Origin: Escherichia coli
GTDB lineage: Bacteria; Pseudomonadota; Gammaproteobacteria; Enterobacterales; Enterobacteriaceae
DNA length: 64,000 nucleotides
Assembly: GCF_029227855.1 (NCBI RefSeq)
Contig: NZ_CP074356.1
Reading direction: 5' to 3' (one strand)
Each line of letters starts with the position of its first letter. The stretch's first letter is position 1. Shown here one piece after another: positions 46,874 to 57,915 of this stretch. Below the pieces are notes generated by a model. The model ran no database searches. It was not told the origin of the DNA and saw only the letters and a program-made list of their open reading frames with translations. Made by a program: the position numbers and the translations under genes.

Positions 46874-48874
46874 TCATCCTTGTTGCTGAAGCATGGGGAA
46901 TAATTGTTCGCAAATCAAAACACCGTTATTCATTGCTTCTACCCGTGCCTCGCTTTCTGTATTACGAAATTGTGCCAACACATGTGCCAGCCGATAAAAA
47001 CCGACCGCGGTGAGGTCATTCGCCAGCAACTCTGCCTGACCAATAGCACTCTGTTCCTGATAGCGCCAGCCGTTATGGAGCAGTTGAATAAGTAACGCCT
47101 GGCAGCGCATCAGCAACTGATGAGCGGTAGACGGCACAGGCAAAACGCTGGCAGAAGGTAGCGGTGCCACAGGCGCAGTTTCTGCGTCCAGCGCCCAGGC
47201 GCGGGTTTTTGTCATCATCACCCGTGGTTCCAGTGTCAATTGCCCCTCTACAAAGCTGACAAAGCCAGAAACCAGACTCACGGGGTCGTCTGTTTGTTGC
47301 AAAAGCGCCGCCATGCGTTCAACGGCAAAAGGAGAACAGGCAGATGCGGGAAGGGATAACGTCAGCAGATTATCTTCACCTTCGCCGCTGATTACCTGCG
47401 CATCCAGCGTCTGGCGGCTGCTATCCCAACCGAGTGAAATACACTCAGCGACTGGCAGAATAAATAAGTTATCCACCTGATTAAGAGGCCGTATGCAGGC
47501 GGGGGGACGCTGGCGTAAATATTCCCGCAAAGCCACAATGCCCGGCTGGCGCAATGGCGCGCTCAACATTTGCCAGGCATCAGGCGACAGCGGCACAACG
47601 CTGCTTAAGCGGTTGCGGGTAGCTAACAGCAGCTCGCCATCGGCACTGCGTTTTGCTGCTTGTGAAACAATTTGCCCGCCCGCCAGTGCGCCAGCCTGAA
47701 AACTAAACAGCCGACGCGTAGCTGCCGGTGAGTTTTCCTGTTCACTTCGCGGCCAACTGCGCGAAAGGTGCAAAATACTGCCGGTGTCGGGATCGGTAAA
47801 CCAGATGCGTAAACCATAATGCTCAATATCCTGCCAGCAACGCATACCTAAAGACACCAGCCGCAGATGATCAAGCTTTGCTTCTCCGGCAATGCCAGAG
47901 CCAACGACCGTGCGCCACGGCACAGGAGGAACTTCACCAACACTGTCGCGCCGGGTCATCTCTTGCGCGCAATTTAATCGACTGTTTAATGCCGCAAGCT
48001 GACGTAAGCATTCTCCGGCATGATAGTGGCTGGCGCGGGCGTGGAAGGCATCAACGCTGGCGCGCAGTTGCCGTAGCGATTCACTCACCCAGCGCCAGTT
48101 GCAGCGTTCCGCCGCTTGCTGCGCGCGGCTGAAAGCAGCCTCGTAATGAATAAGCGGCTGGCTGATGCCGCCAAGCCATAACGCCTGGCTTAATTGCTGA
48201 ACATATTGACGACACGCGTCCCCCTCATCGTTGGCAAACGGATCGTCAGATGATGTGACGTGTTCGCTGCGCATCTGCCAGATTAAATGAGTAAATTCCG
48301 CTTGCTGCGCTTTGGCCTGGACAAAGGCCTGTACTGCCAGTACGACATGTTCGCAAAGTGTTCCTTCAATACAATCACAGCGAGCGAAACGAATGCTGCT
48401 GCGGGAATAAAAACGTACATCGCTCATCGGTAAGCGGGCAGAGGGAATTTCGCCCGGCGTACAGAACAACTCAATGGTGATGCCTTTAGCGACCAGTGCC
48501 TGTGCGCGTTTGCGGGTGGCATCGGGCAGGGTAGCCAGTTCTTCCAGCCAGATTGCCGGATCCCACTCTTCTTCTTTTTCCGTAGTCTGGGTGGTGGCGC
48601 AAAGTCGCTGATAACTTAAAACCAGCATCACGCGATGGCGGCACATGCCGCTGGCCCCGCAGCTGCACTGAGCCTCTTTCAGTGCCTGACCGTTCGCCAG
48701 CTGGGTACGGACACCGTCACTGAAGGTGGCGATTAAAGCGCCGTTCTCATGGCTGATTTCCGGGACGTTGCCATTTTCCAGTTCTTTAAGGCTGCGCTTA
48801 ACAAAACCGGCATTGCTTAACGCCGTCAAAGCTTGTGGTGTCAGTTCTAATAATTCCGGCCGTAGTGAATTCAT
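46874..48874 (-). CDS. yehQ: SWIM zinc-finger protein YehQ
   Basis: 666-aa ORF; CxC...CxH SWIM-like motifs; start overlaps yehP stop (ATGA). Confidence 0.8.
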   Translation of the reverse strand: MNSLRPELLELTPQALTALSNAGFVKRSLKELENGNVPEISHENGALIATFSDGVRTQLANGQALKEAQCSCGASGMCRHRVMLVLSYQRLCATTQTTEKEEEWDPAIWLEELATLPDATRKRAQALVAKGITIELFCTPGEIPSARLPMSDVRFYSRSSIRFARCDCIEGTLCEHVVLAVQAFVQAKAQQAEFTHLIWQMRSEHVTSSDDPFANDEGDACRQYVQQLSQALWLGGISQPLIHYEAAFSRAQQAAERCNWRWVSESLRQLRASVDAFHARASHYHAGECLRQLAALNSRLNCAQEMTRRDSVGEVPPVPWRTVVGSGIAGEAKLDHLRLVSLGMRCWQDIEHYGLRIWFTDPDTGSILHLSRSWPRSEQENSPAATRRLFSFQAGALAGGQIVSQAAKRSADGELLLATRNRLSSVVPLSPDAWQMLSAPLRQPGIVALREYLRQRPPACIRPLNQVDNLFILPVAECISLGWDSSRQTLDAQVISGEGEDNLLTLSLPASACSPFAVERMAALLQQTDDPVSLVSGFVSFVEGQLTLEPRVMMTKTRAWALDAETAPVAPLPSASVLPVPSTAHQLLMRCQALLIQLLHNGWRYQEQSAIGQAELLANDLTAVGFYRLAHVLAQFRNTESEARVEAMNNGVLICEQLFPMLQQQG

Positions 48875-50007
48875 GACTGAAGATTCTCCGCAAGCCAGGT
48901 CGCCAGTTCGCCCGGCGTCATGGCGGCTATTTGTGCACCGACATTAACCAGTGCCTGGGCCATATCGCGGTCATAGCAAGGTGTTGCGGTGCTATCGAGC
49001 GCCGCCAGTCCCAGCACTTTGACGCCGCTCTGGACACACTTTTTCACCTGATGCGTCAGCAATGATGATGAACCCCCTTCATAGAAATCGCTCACGAGGA
49101 TAATGACGCTTTTCGCTGGTTGTTCAATAAGTTGCCGACCATACTCCACGGCACTGGCGATATTGGTCCCGCCGCCCAGTTGTACTTTCATTAATAACTC
49201 TACTGGATCAGCAACGTCTGCCGTGAGATCAACGACGCTGGTGTCAAACGCCACCAGATGGGTACGAATGCCGGGTAACTGCCATAAACAGGCCGCCATC
49301 ACCGCAGAGTGGATCACCGAATCGACCATCGATCCGCTTTGATCAACCAGTAAGACCAGTTGCCATTGTTCGCTTTGGCGTTTAATGCGGCTGTTAAAGC
49401 GGGGGGATTCGATATACAACTTGTCGTGTTGCGGGTGCCAGTGTTGCAGGTTGGCGCGCAGAGTACTTTTGAAATCAAAGTTTCGCGCCAGTGGAATAAA
49501 TGAGCGGCGACGGCGATCGCGGACACCAGAAAAAGCCTGACGAACTTCCTTTGCCAGTCGCGCCATAATTTCTTCAACTACCTGGCGCACTATCCGGCGG
49601 GCGGCAGCCAGCACTTCGGGATTCATCAGATGTTTGGTGTGCAAAACGGCGCGTAACAGGCTTTCAGAAGGCTGCATACGTTCCAGCACGTCGAGATTCG
49701 TCAGCACATCTTCAATGCCGTAGCGCAGTACGGCATCGCTTTCCAGCCGCTCGATCACCTGTTGCGGAAACAGCGTGTGAATACTGTTGATCCACTCAGG
49801 GGTGGTGAGATTTGAGCCACCTAATCCACCAGAGCGTTCACCACGCTGGAGCCGTTCAGGATCGCGCCCATACAGCCACTCCAGCGCGTGGTCTATCTGC
49901 CGGGCGTTGTCATCCAGCCCACAAAGGGTCGTTTCTGCCGCTTCGCCAAGAATTAATCGCCAGCGTTGTAGCTCACGGGTGGTCAGAAGATCGTTCAGTT
50001 CAGACAT
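48871..50007 (-). CDS. yehP: von Willebrand factor A (VWA) domain protein YehP
   Basis: ORF 48871..50235 trimmed to MSELNDLL.. (378 aa); DxSGS MIDAS-like motif (VDQSGSM). Confidence 0.85.
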   Translation of the reverse strand: MSELNDLLTTRELQRWRLILGEAAETTLCGLDDNARQIDHALEWLYGRDPERLQRGERSGGLGGSNLTTPEWINSIHTLFPQQVIERLESDAVLRYGIEDVLTNLDVLERMQPSESLLRAVLHTKHLMNPEVLAAARRIVRQVVEEIMARLAKEVRQAFSGVRDRRRRSFIPLARNFDFKSTLRANLQHWHPQHDKLYIESPRFNSRIKRQSEQWQLVLLVDQSGSMVDSVIHSAVMAACLWQLPGIRTHLVAFDTSVVDLTADVADPVELLMKVQLGGGTNIASAVEYGRQLIEQPAKSVIILVSDFYEGGSSSLLTHQVKKCVQSGVKVLGLAALDSTATPCYDRDMAQALVNVGAQIAAMTPGELATWLAENLQS

Positions 50008-52231
50008 GGAAAACTCCCCAGTGTTGCAGCGATGCCAGTGCCTGCTGTTCGAGTTGTTGATGATGTGCAATGGCTTGTGGTGGACAATGCAACGGCATTT
50101 GCAGCGCTGAAACGGGAAGCTGTGCGAGCTGGTAATGCTCAAGCACCTGATGCGCCAGCGTCCCGCGTTCTCGTGGTGGTAGCCAGGCCATCGCTGCGCG
50201 TAAATCGGGCAGGGCGTTAATAAAATCGTCGTCACTCAGTTGATTTAAATGACTACTGAAACCGGCGATAAATGCCGGCTGACAGGCCAGTTGATGGCGG
50301 GCCAGCGCCAGCATCGTCAGCGCCGCTTCGGCACTGGCGTTGGGATGTTCCAGACGCATTAGTGCGCCAAGAGCCGCGCTGCGATCCAGCGCCGGGGCAT
50401 GAATCGCCTGACTGCGGCGCTCCAGTAAGGCTACCGCCGCAGAAAGCGAAACGCCGGGTAAATTAACGCCGCTATGTAGATCGCGCAGGATATGGCAAAG
50501 CGCCTGCCAGCTATGCAGGTGAGCGTGAAACTCCTTTTCCTCCGGTCTGCCGTTGGATTCACACAGCCAGAGTGTGCGATCGATAGCCGCGCATAACGTC
50601 GTCTGTAATATCTGCGCGCCTTGCATACCGCTAATTTCATCCAGCCGCCATAAGGCGTATAGCACTTCCAGCGCCTGGCCCATTTCGGCAAACTGATTTT
50701 CCTGGGCGATTAATAATGTAAGTTGCTCCAGTAATTGTTGACTGAAGGACGCCAGACCCGCTAACGCCGCCTGGCTAAGACATGTGGTGATACTGCCGAT
50801 TCCACCCGCGTCCAGCATATCGGCTTCTAATTTATTGCGTGCGGCTTCCTGGAGTGTGGCACCAAAGCAGGCGGCCTCAATCAATGCCGCATGCTGGCTA
50901 AGCGGGCGGGTTAATTTCCAGCGTTCTTCACCGTTGCCTGCAAGTGTCAGTGTGCTTCCCTGCTGGCGTACAATCCCTGGGATCTCCAGTATTACCAGCC
51001 GATGTAACACCTGACTTTGCGCCAGTCCATCGGGGGTAAAGCGATTTAAGGTAAGCTCTGCCGGAAGAGAGATTGTGGTACGTTCCAGTTCGCAGGTGAC
51101 ATCTTTTGGCAGAGGCGGCTGTGGCGTAGAGGGGGCAAGTTTACCGAATCCGCCACCCGCTAATGTGTCTATCAACGTTAGCAGAATCGGATCGGTATCG
51201 GGATGAATAACGCCGCGATAGCTCCACGGCAACGGCGCGTTCAAGGCTTCTTTAATCAGCGAGCCTGCTATGGCATCCAGCCAGTCAGTGCGTAACGGTA
51301 GTGTATGACCGCGCAACTGTGCCAGCGCCATCGCATGCAGATGAGCGGCAGCCATATCAGCGGTAGAAGCGGGCAATTTGTGCTGGCGCAAACGGGTAAG
51401 GATAGTTTTTAGCAGTTGTTCACCGGCCTGCTGTAGGCCCCACTGCCAGCACCAGTTTTGCCAGACCGGGGCAGGCATACCAGAAAGGTATCCTGCCAGC
51501 ACATCAAGGCGCTTTTCACTGTAGGGGGTGAGATAACAACCTGTAACGGCATCTGCCAGCTAGGGCAATTCCGGCGTGTTAATTTCCTGCGTGTATTCGC
51601 GCCACATCTTTGCCAGTGCCGGAGCATGCCAGCCGCCGCAGACGACTAACACGTCGCCATTGTTTTGCTGCATCGCCCATCCAATCCAGCGGGCCATAAA
51701 GGCTTCGCGCTGACGATTGAGGGCATCTCCGGGGGAATCGCCCCGCAGTTGTGCAAAATAGTGCGCCAGCGCAGAGGGTAATGCAGTTTGCTGGCTTTCA
51801 TCTTCGAACAAGTGATCCCACAGGGTGTCGCTGTTATCCATGCGGGTGGCACGCAGCAGTAAGGTCTGGCTGTCATCTTGCGTATCGGGTGATTCGTCTT
51901 CTTCTTCACTCTGCGCCCAGCAAGGCAAATCGATGAAGTAAGTTTGTGCCTGAATACGACGTGCGGCTTGTAGCGCCTGCCACTCCGGCGAAAATTCAGC
52001 AAATGGCGTCCAGGCACCACGCCCGGGGGCTGCACCGTCCTGATACTGGCAATAACTGTAAATAGCTACCGGAAGCTGGTGGGCTAAAAACAGTTCGTCT
52101 ACCCGGTCATTAAAATCAGCCGGGCCTTCAATCAACACGTATCGTGGCCGCTGGCTTTCGATTAACGATTTCACCAGCCGGGCGCAGGCCGGACTATGAT
52201 GCCGGATGCCGACAATTAACGGCTCGCTCAT
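50000..52231 (-). pseudogene. yehM: YehM, interrupted by a single in-frame amber codon
   Basis: ORFs 51560..52399 and 50000..51502 are in the same frame, separated only by TAG at 51560..51562; start MSEPLIVGIRHH at 52231 with GAGGAAAG RBS. Confidence 0.7.
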
Positions 52232-52241
52232 GCATCTTTCC

Positions 52242-53319
52242 TCACGGCAGGCGGTGGCGGGCTTGATAATAAGCCTGCCAGTGAGCTTCTTTATGTGTGG
52301 CGACACGCTGTTCGAAGTAACGGCGCAGACGCGCGCGATCTTCTTCGTTATCTTTAACGATGGTTCCGGCAATACAGTCCACCAGATCGGCTGGCTCACC
52401 TGCGCGATTCGCTAAAAACCAGGCGCGGACGCCCACTGCGTGGGCCACGTTCACGGCTTCAGCGGTGGATATAATTGCCGTCAGAGTATCCATTGACGTT
52501 TTCTTTTCGCCGTTGGCACGCAGATCGCGGAAGGTGCGGACCAGTAACTCCAGTACCGCGTCAGGCACTTTATGCGGAATACCGCTATGGGCCAGCAAAC
52601 GCGCCGAAGCACTGGCGACCAGTTCCAGCTCCTGGGCGAAATCCATAATCGGAAAGACGGTTTCAAAATCGAAGCGACGCTTTAGCGCGGCACTCATCTC
52701 ATTGACGCCGCGATCGCGGGTATTGGCAGTGGCAATAATATTAAAGCCTTCCCGCGCATAGAGCTGACTGGCTTCACCGGTGAGTTCCGGCACCGTCATC
52801 ACCCTGTCAGAAAGCATACCTAACAGACAGTCTTGTACTTCCAGCGGTGTACGCGTTATCTCTTCAAAACGGACGATTTTGCCGTCGCGCATTCCCTGGT
52901 AAAGCGGGGCAGGGACCAGTGCTTCCGTAGACGGACCATGGTTGATAAGCAGGGCGTAGTTCCATTTGATCTTCAGTAGTAGATGCGCCGCCCTGGATGG
53001 TTAACCCGGCATCGCCGCTAATAGCGGTTGCCAGTAATTCAGACAGGAGAGATTTTGCGGTGCCCGGTTCCCCCACCAACATCAAACCGCGCCCGGTGGC
53101 AAGAGTGACTAACATACGTTCGACAGCGGAGGGACTAATCACCACTTTACGGCTAATATTTTGCGCGCTATCGCCAAGGATAAAAGCACGGGCCGCAGGC
53201 AAACTTAACTGCCAACCGGGCGGGCAAGGTGCGTTATCATTTTGTTTTAATTTTGCCAGTTCATCGGCGTATAACACAGCAGCAGGCGGACGCTGCAGAT
53301 GATTATTCTGCGGTGACAT
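52242..53319 (-). pseudogene. yehL: MoxR-type AAA+ ATPase YehL, frameshifted
   Basis: Walker A GEPGTAKS lies in ORF 52864..53385; continuation ([26 protein letters not shown]) is in another frame from about 52965; total span 1078 nt is not a multiple of 3. Confidence 0.7.
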
Positions 53320-53431
53320 ATATTCATCCCTGAAATGTATTAATGAAATAAACGATATTTTACGCGCAATAAATGTTTGGCGCATTAGTTGTTTGAGCGA
53401 AAAATATCTGGAAAGCAGATCACAGTAAATA

Positions 53432-53466
53432 AAAAAACCTGCTGGTGAGGCAGGTTCTTTTATTTA
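53432..53466. terminator. Bidirectional rho-independent terminator
   Basis: aaaaaaa-cctgc-tggtgag-gcagg-ttctttt; A-run and T-run flank the stem, so it works in both orientations. Confidence 0.6.
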
Positions 53467-53513
53467 CTATTTTCAGGCCCAACACCGCAGCCTGTGCAAC
53501 ATCGTGTTCCAAC
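53432..53513 (-). ncRNA. Candidate antisense antitoxin sRNA (OrzO-like)
   Basis: Minus-strand -35 TTGCAA (53548..53543) and -10 TATAAT (53525..53520) put the start near 53513; first 18 nt are complementary to 53662..53679 in the toxin 5' UTR at 17/18; ends at terminator 53432..53466 (about 81 nt). Confidence 0.4.
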
Positions 53514-53519
53514 GAACGA

Positions 53520-53570
53520 ATTATAACCATCGGTGGACCCCGTTGCAATTAAGATAATGAGATTTATAAT
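53520..53570. promoter_or_regulatory. Divergent sigma70 promoter pair sharing a palindromic -35 TTGCAA
   Basis: Plus strand: TTGCAA (53543..53548), 16-bp spacer, TATAAT (53565..53570). Minus strand: the same TTGCAA, 17-bp spacer, TATAAT (53525..53520). Confidence 0.55.
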
Positions 53571-53751
53571 CCAGACGGTTGGGACGTTGCGCCGGATCGG
53601 ACCAATTTTAAGTCCTGGCTACCGGACGGGTGGTGCTGCAGGTGGTGCCCTGATCCGGAGTGCAACATCGTGGTCCAACATACGTAAACCAGTATCGACA
53701 GGCAGTGTAAGGGTAAGGTGCTGGTGTTGCGCTCCTTAATAAGGAGAGCGG

Positions 53752-53841
53752 ATGGACACGCTGACACAAAAGTTAACCGTGCTCATTGCCGTACTGGAGC
53801 TATTAGTGGCTCTGTTACGGTTGATTGATTTGTTGAAGTAA
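53752..53841 (+). CDS. zorO: Type I toxin-like small hydrophobic peptide (ZorO-like, 29 aa)
   Basis: AAGGAG RBS at 53741..53746 then MDTLTQKLTVLIAVLELLVALLRLIDLLK; single amphipathic helix like TisB/DinQ-type toxins; not recalled at this position in K-12. Confidence 0.6.
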   Translation: MDTLTQKLTVLIAVLELLVALLRLIDLLK

Positions 53842-53863
53842 TGGGCAAATTGAAACGCATCTA

Positions 53864-53887
53864 AGGGGGAATACCGTTTCCCCCTTT
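53864..53887. terminator. Stem-loop between convergent zorO-like ORF and yehK
   Basis: aggggga-ataccgtt-tccccct followed by tttaataaagctattttt. Confidence 0.5.
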
Positions 53888-53894
53888 AATAAAG

Positions 53895-54215
53895 CTATTT
53901 TTCTATTTCTTGGTTGAATATATTCTGTAGTTCGCGATTAAAAATGGCTATTACCGTTTCTGGTGATTCGCCCCGTAATTTTCGCTCATCAATAAACTCA
54001 TCTCTTATATAAATCAACGCATCATTTATTAGCGGGTCGACATCCTCTCGATCACGTTGATGAAATGTTGGATGTAGCCGGAATCGCTCCAGTCGGTAGA
54101 CGGAACCTGTAAATAATTCAGAGCATTTATGGATCTCAAGTCTGAAGGAAAACGGATCTTCAGGTACAGGGACCTCATAATCGTAAATAGCAACCAGCTC
54201 TTTTTGCACGATCAT
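53895..54215 (-). CDS. yehK: Uncharacterised protein YehK
   Basis: 106-aa ORF downstream of yehI. Confidence 0.65.
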   Translation of the reverse strand: MIVQKELVAIYDYEVPVPEDPFSFRLEIHKCSELFTGSVYRLERFRLHPTFHQRDREDVDPLINDALIYIRDEFIDERKLRGESPETVIAIFNRELQNIFNQEIEK

Positions 54216-54275
54216 CGCTTTTCCCGGTGGCAGGTCGTGTTAATAACGGGCAGTCGCATCACTGCCCGCTGTGTT

Positions 54276-57200
54276 TTAATGGAAAATGACGTCGGGTGCG
54301 CTTAACGCTTCACTCAAATCAAACACATCAAGTTCGGCAAAAGTGACAGATTTATTGTCACGGTATACATGAAGAGAACGGAAGCTCATTAGCGCTTTGC
54401 TATCAACATTGTAGTGGTTAAAACCGGATGAAAACTTAAGGACCAGCCGGTACTCGCCCAGGTCATAGACAAATGCATTCTCATAGCCTGACTCCCAGCC
54501 TTTGTATCGCATTCCCATAAGTTGCCCAACGGTAGCAGATTTACCTTCCCAGCGATTCAAACTATTACTGGCTGACTCGTCAGGCGTGAGCAGTACTGTG
54601 CGCCGTGCCAATTGGCGAAAAGGCGGCATAATTTCGTAATCGGCAAAAAGCTGTGCAAACTCACTGCGCATTTCTGCTGCCATTTCTAACGGGTGGGCAA
54701 TGCCAATCAGAGCATCGGCAGGCAGGTCAATTGGCTCATCTTGCTCATTGCAGAACTCCCCCTCAGCGGCCACACGAAAGGCGTTGAGTAAACGACGCGG
54801 TTCATTTGCCGGATAAACACCCCATATTAATCGCTGAGTAACCAGACGGGTAAAGGGATGATTAACAAACAGAGAATGAAAATCTGCCAGCGACCAGCGT
54901 CGGGTGGTGCGCAGGGCAGTTTCAAGACGCGGGAGCAGGTTTTTGCTCACCTGAGTGGCATCTTTTTTTAGCCCTTTTAGTCGGGCCAGTGCCTCGGGTG
55001 CTTTCAGTTGATCGTCATCGGCGCGCAACCGGGGAACGCTTTTCTGGCGAACGTTTTGCTGATCAAAGATAACCGGGTTAAGGTTTTCATCGAAGCGAAC
55101 GGTAAATTGCCGTGGACCAAAATCAAAAATCAACGCCTGCGGATCATCAAGACCCAGTGTTGGGACTAATCTGTCCGCTAACTGTTCCTGGCTTAGCCCT
55201 CGATTTTCTGCGACCACCTGAAGAAATTCCGCCGCGTTATCACGTAAGGGGCGGGATTTCGCCCGTTGCGATATATGATGCAGCTGTATCAGTGCCATAT
55301 CATTATTCATCTGAGTAAGTATGTTCAGGCCGCTGACGGCACGGGCAGATTTGCCTTCCTGTGGCCAGGCAAGGATCTGTGTCGTCAGATCCCGTGCCGT
55401 GCTTTCGTCGCCAAAGAGACTTAACGCCAGAAATGCCCAGTTGTCTTTTGCGGGAGCACCAGCTTGTTGCCACGCGGTGAAAAGATCCCAGGCAAAAGCT
55501 GCCAGCGTTTGCGGCTGGCAGAAAGTTTTCAGTTGTTCCAGTCCGCTATAAACGTCCGCCCTGGGTAAAGCGCAGCATTTCGCCGATAATTTCCAGTGCG
55601 TCATCGGTAACAGGCTGATTATTCGTGATAAGGCGCGGCCTGGACCACATTGCCGGCTGCCAGAAATCAGGGGCTTTTGGAATGCGTGTCGGGTAAATCT
55701 CTATTGGACTCTGTTTAAGTAAATGCTCCAGGGCAGGCCATACATCTGTACGCTGCCAGCGGTTTGCCGCGGTTTGCAGCAATTCACCATGTCCCTGTTC
55801 GTAAAGTAAACGTAGGGCAAGTAATGCAGCTTCGCTATTATCGCTGGATTTGGTGAAGACAAGAGGGATAAGTGCAGTAGCCGTATGTTCCGGCCATTGT
55901 AAAATCCACTGGCGAGCCAGATCACGCTGCGCCGCGAAACGTCGCCAGACGCGGGCAACGGGCAGGGCCAGTTCTGTTGCGCCAAAATTTAAAATTAACG
56001 GAAATGTTTCTTTTGGACGATATGAAAAAGCCAACAGCAGACCTGGTAGAGCATCCAATCCGAAGATACTGAGAAAATAGTCCTCACCCGCTAACAGATG
56101 CTTTTTCTCATTGATACGTAGCCAGAAAGTCAAAGCCATCTCACGCGGCAACTGTGCCAATAAATACAGGTTCCAGATACTCTTTTCCCGACGATAGCGT
56201 GAGTAGCTGTCATTTTCCCATATGTTAATTAACACTTCTACGTGACCGCTGCGAAGCGCCTGTTCTGCTAATTGTGCTTCCGGGGAGTTCCAGCCATTCA
56301 GGATCTCTTCAACCCGCCCCTGGTAGTAATGCCACTGAACAATGAGTGAATTGCGTGCAGCATCCAGTTTTCCGGGGAGTATATAATTCAGAAACAGCCA
56401 TACATCATCTCCAAAACCCAGCTCCTGTAGTACAACTCGTCCACTTTTATGTTCCATGCGTTCCGAAAGAGATTCCGTGCTGAAATAACGGGCAGACTCA
56501 GTGGCGGCAAGCCTCTCTCGTTCGCCTGGTTGCCAGTAAACTTGCGGCGTTAATTCGAACGGTGCCAAATCAAGACGTGGAACTGTCATTTTTTTCTTAC
56601 TACGCCACGGTGGTGAAACGAGGATTTCAGGCATTTGGCTGTTATCGGTGCTATCAATAACCGTTTTAGGCGGTGCCGATAAATAACTATTCAGCACTGA
56701 CCGGGCTTGAGTACTTAACCACGGCATCACCTCTTCTGCCAGTTGTGGCTGCGATGCCATCAGCGTTTGTAACAGCGTACGCCAGTATTCATCACGTGCT
56801 TTTTGCTGTGCAGGCAGCTTTTTGTCTTCGATGATTGGATAACCAGGGCGCGTAGGTGGTTCTTTTAGCGCCAGCAGTTCTGCCAGTGCGGCAAGCGTCG
56901 CATGGGGGAAATTTTTACTGTATTTAGCTACACGTTGCAGGCTGGGTTTGTTTTTATCAGCAACTAACAGCAGGGTGCGGATGACCTGCGGATGGTTAAT
57001 TTGTACCAGCAGACTGCCGCAATCTTCTTTATGGGCATACATTGCCAGGCGTGGAACGGCTGCCAGTCCTTGTTCGCGCAAAAGGGCAGCGCAGGCCGCG
57101 TAGCCGAAGTGGTTTTCATGCGACATGTAGCTGGCTTCCCGATCGCTAAATATATCCTGGCTCCAGTAGCGTTCGAGTTTTCTCACCGCTCTGGGGTCAA

Positions 57201-57906
57201 TAGCAACAACTTTTAACCACTCCTTAGAATGAAAATGAGTCCACGGGCATTCAAGGCTTACCAACTCATTGGCGATTTCTGGTTTTTCCGGGAGGATCAG
57301 AGCAATAAAAGGGCGGCGAACTTTGGTTATTCCTGGCAGTGCGGCAATGAGTTTGTCGGCGCAACGCTGCCAGCTGCTTTCCTCTGCCAGAGAGAGATGC
57401 TTACGCAGTCGGAGATCGAATTCGTTATAGGTTTCTGATCGATAACCATAGCCATAATCCTCGTTCTGATACTGCAATGTCACTAGCAGAGGATCACTTT
57501 CATAACATCGTGTAATAAACTGGCGTGCAATCACCACCTCAGTCGCATATTCCAGTCCCTCTTGTTGGACGATTTCGTCGAGCAACTGTTGGCTATCATT
57601 TTGCGCGATACAGGCTAGCGCCGCCATTGTCCGGGCCGGAACTGAGGGTTTGTGTTCGCCAATCAAGTTGATGGCCTGCGTAATGGCCGACTGCCACTCC
57701 AGTGAAAAATTTTCATAACGCCAGACAATGTTTTTTTTCTTCTCAGCTTTTTGTAGCAATTCATCACCCAGTGTCTGGATGAGGCTTTCAGTGATAACAG
57801 GCACCGGTTCGCCCGGCCAACTGCGATGGCTGAGCGGCGTTTTGCCTTTTTTATATTTCAGTTCCACTTGGGCGTTATCCGCCAGCCACGGTAATTCCTT
57901 GTCCAT
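54276..57906 (-). pseudogene. yehI: YehI (DUF4132 family giant protein), frameshifted
   Basis: ORF 55546..57906 (786 aa) and ORF 54276..55604 (442 aa) overlap in different frames; together they align end-to-end with the intact neighbouring paralogue. Confidence 0.65.
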
Positions 57907-57915
57907 GCTCTTTCC

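Noticed and set aside
51503-51562. Treating yehM as two separate genes (279 aa and 500 aa)
   Set aside because: Both ORFs are in the same frame and separated by one TAG; the downstream part has no independent RBS, so a nonsense-interrupted single gene is the simpler reading.
53533-53767. ORFs 53533..53739 (+) and 53564..53767 (-) in the yehL-yehK intergenic region
   Set aside because: They span the predicted toxin 5' UTR and divergent promoter region and lack an RBS; the 29-codon ORF at 53752..53841 explains the locus better.
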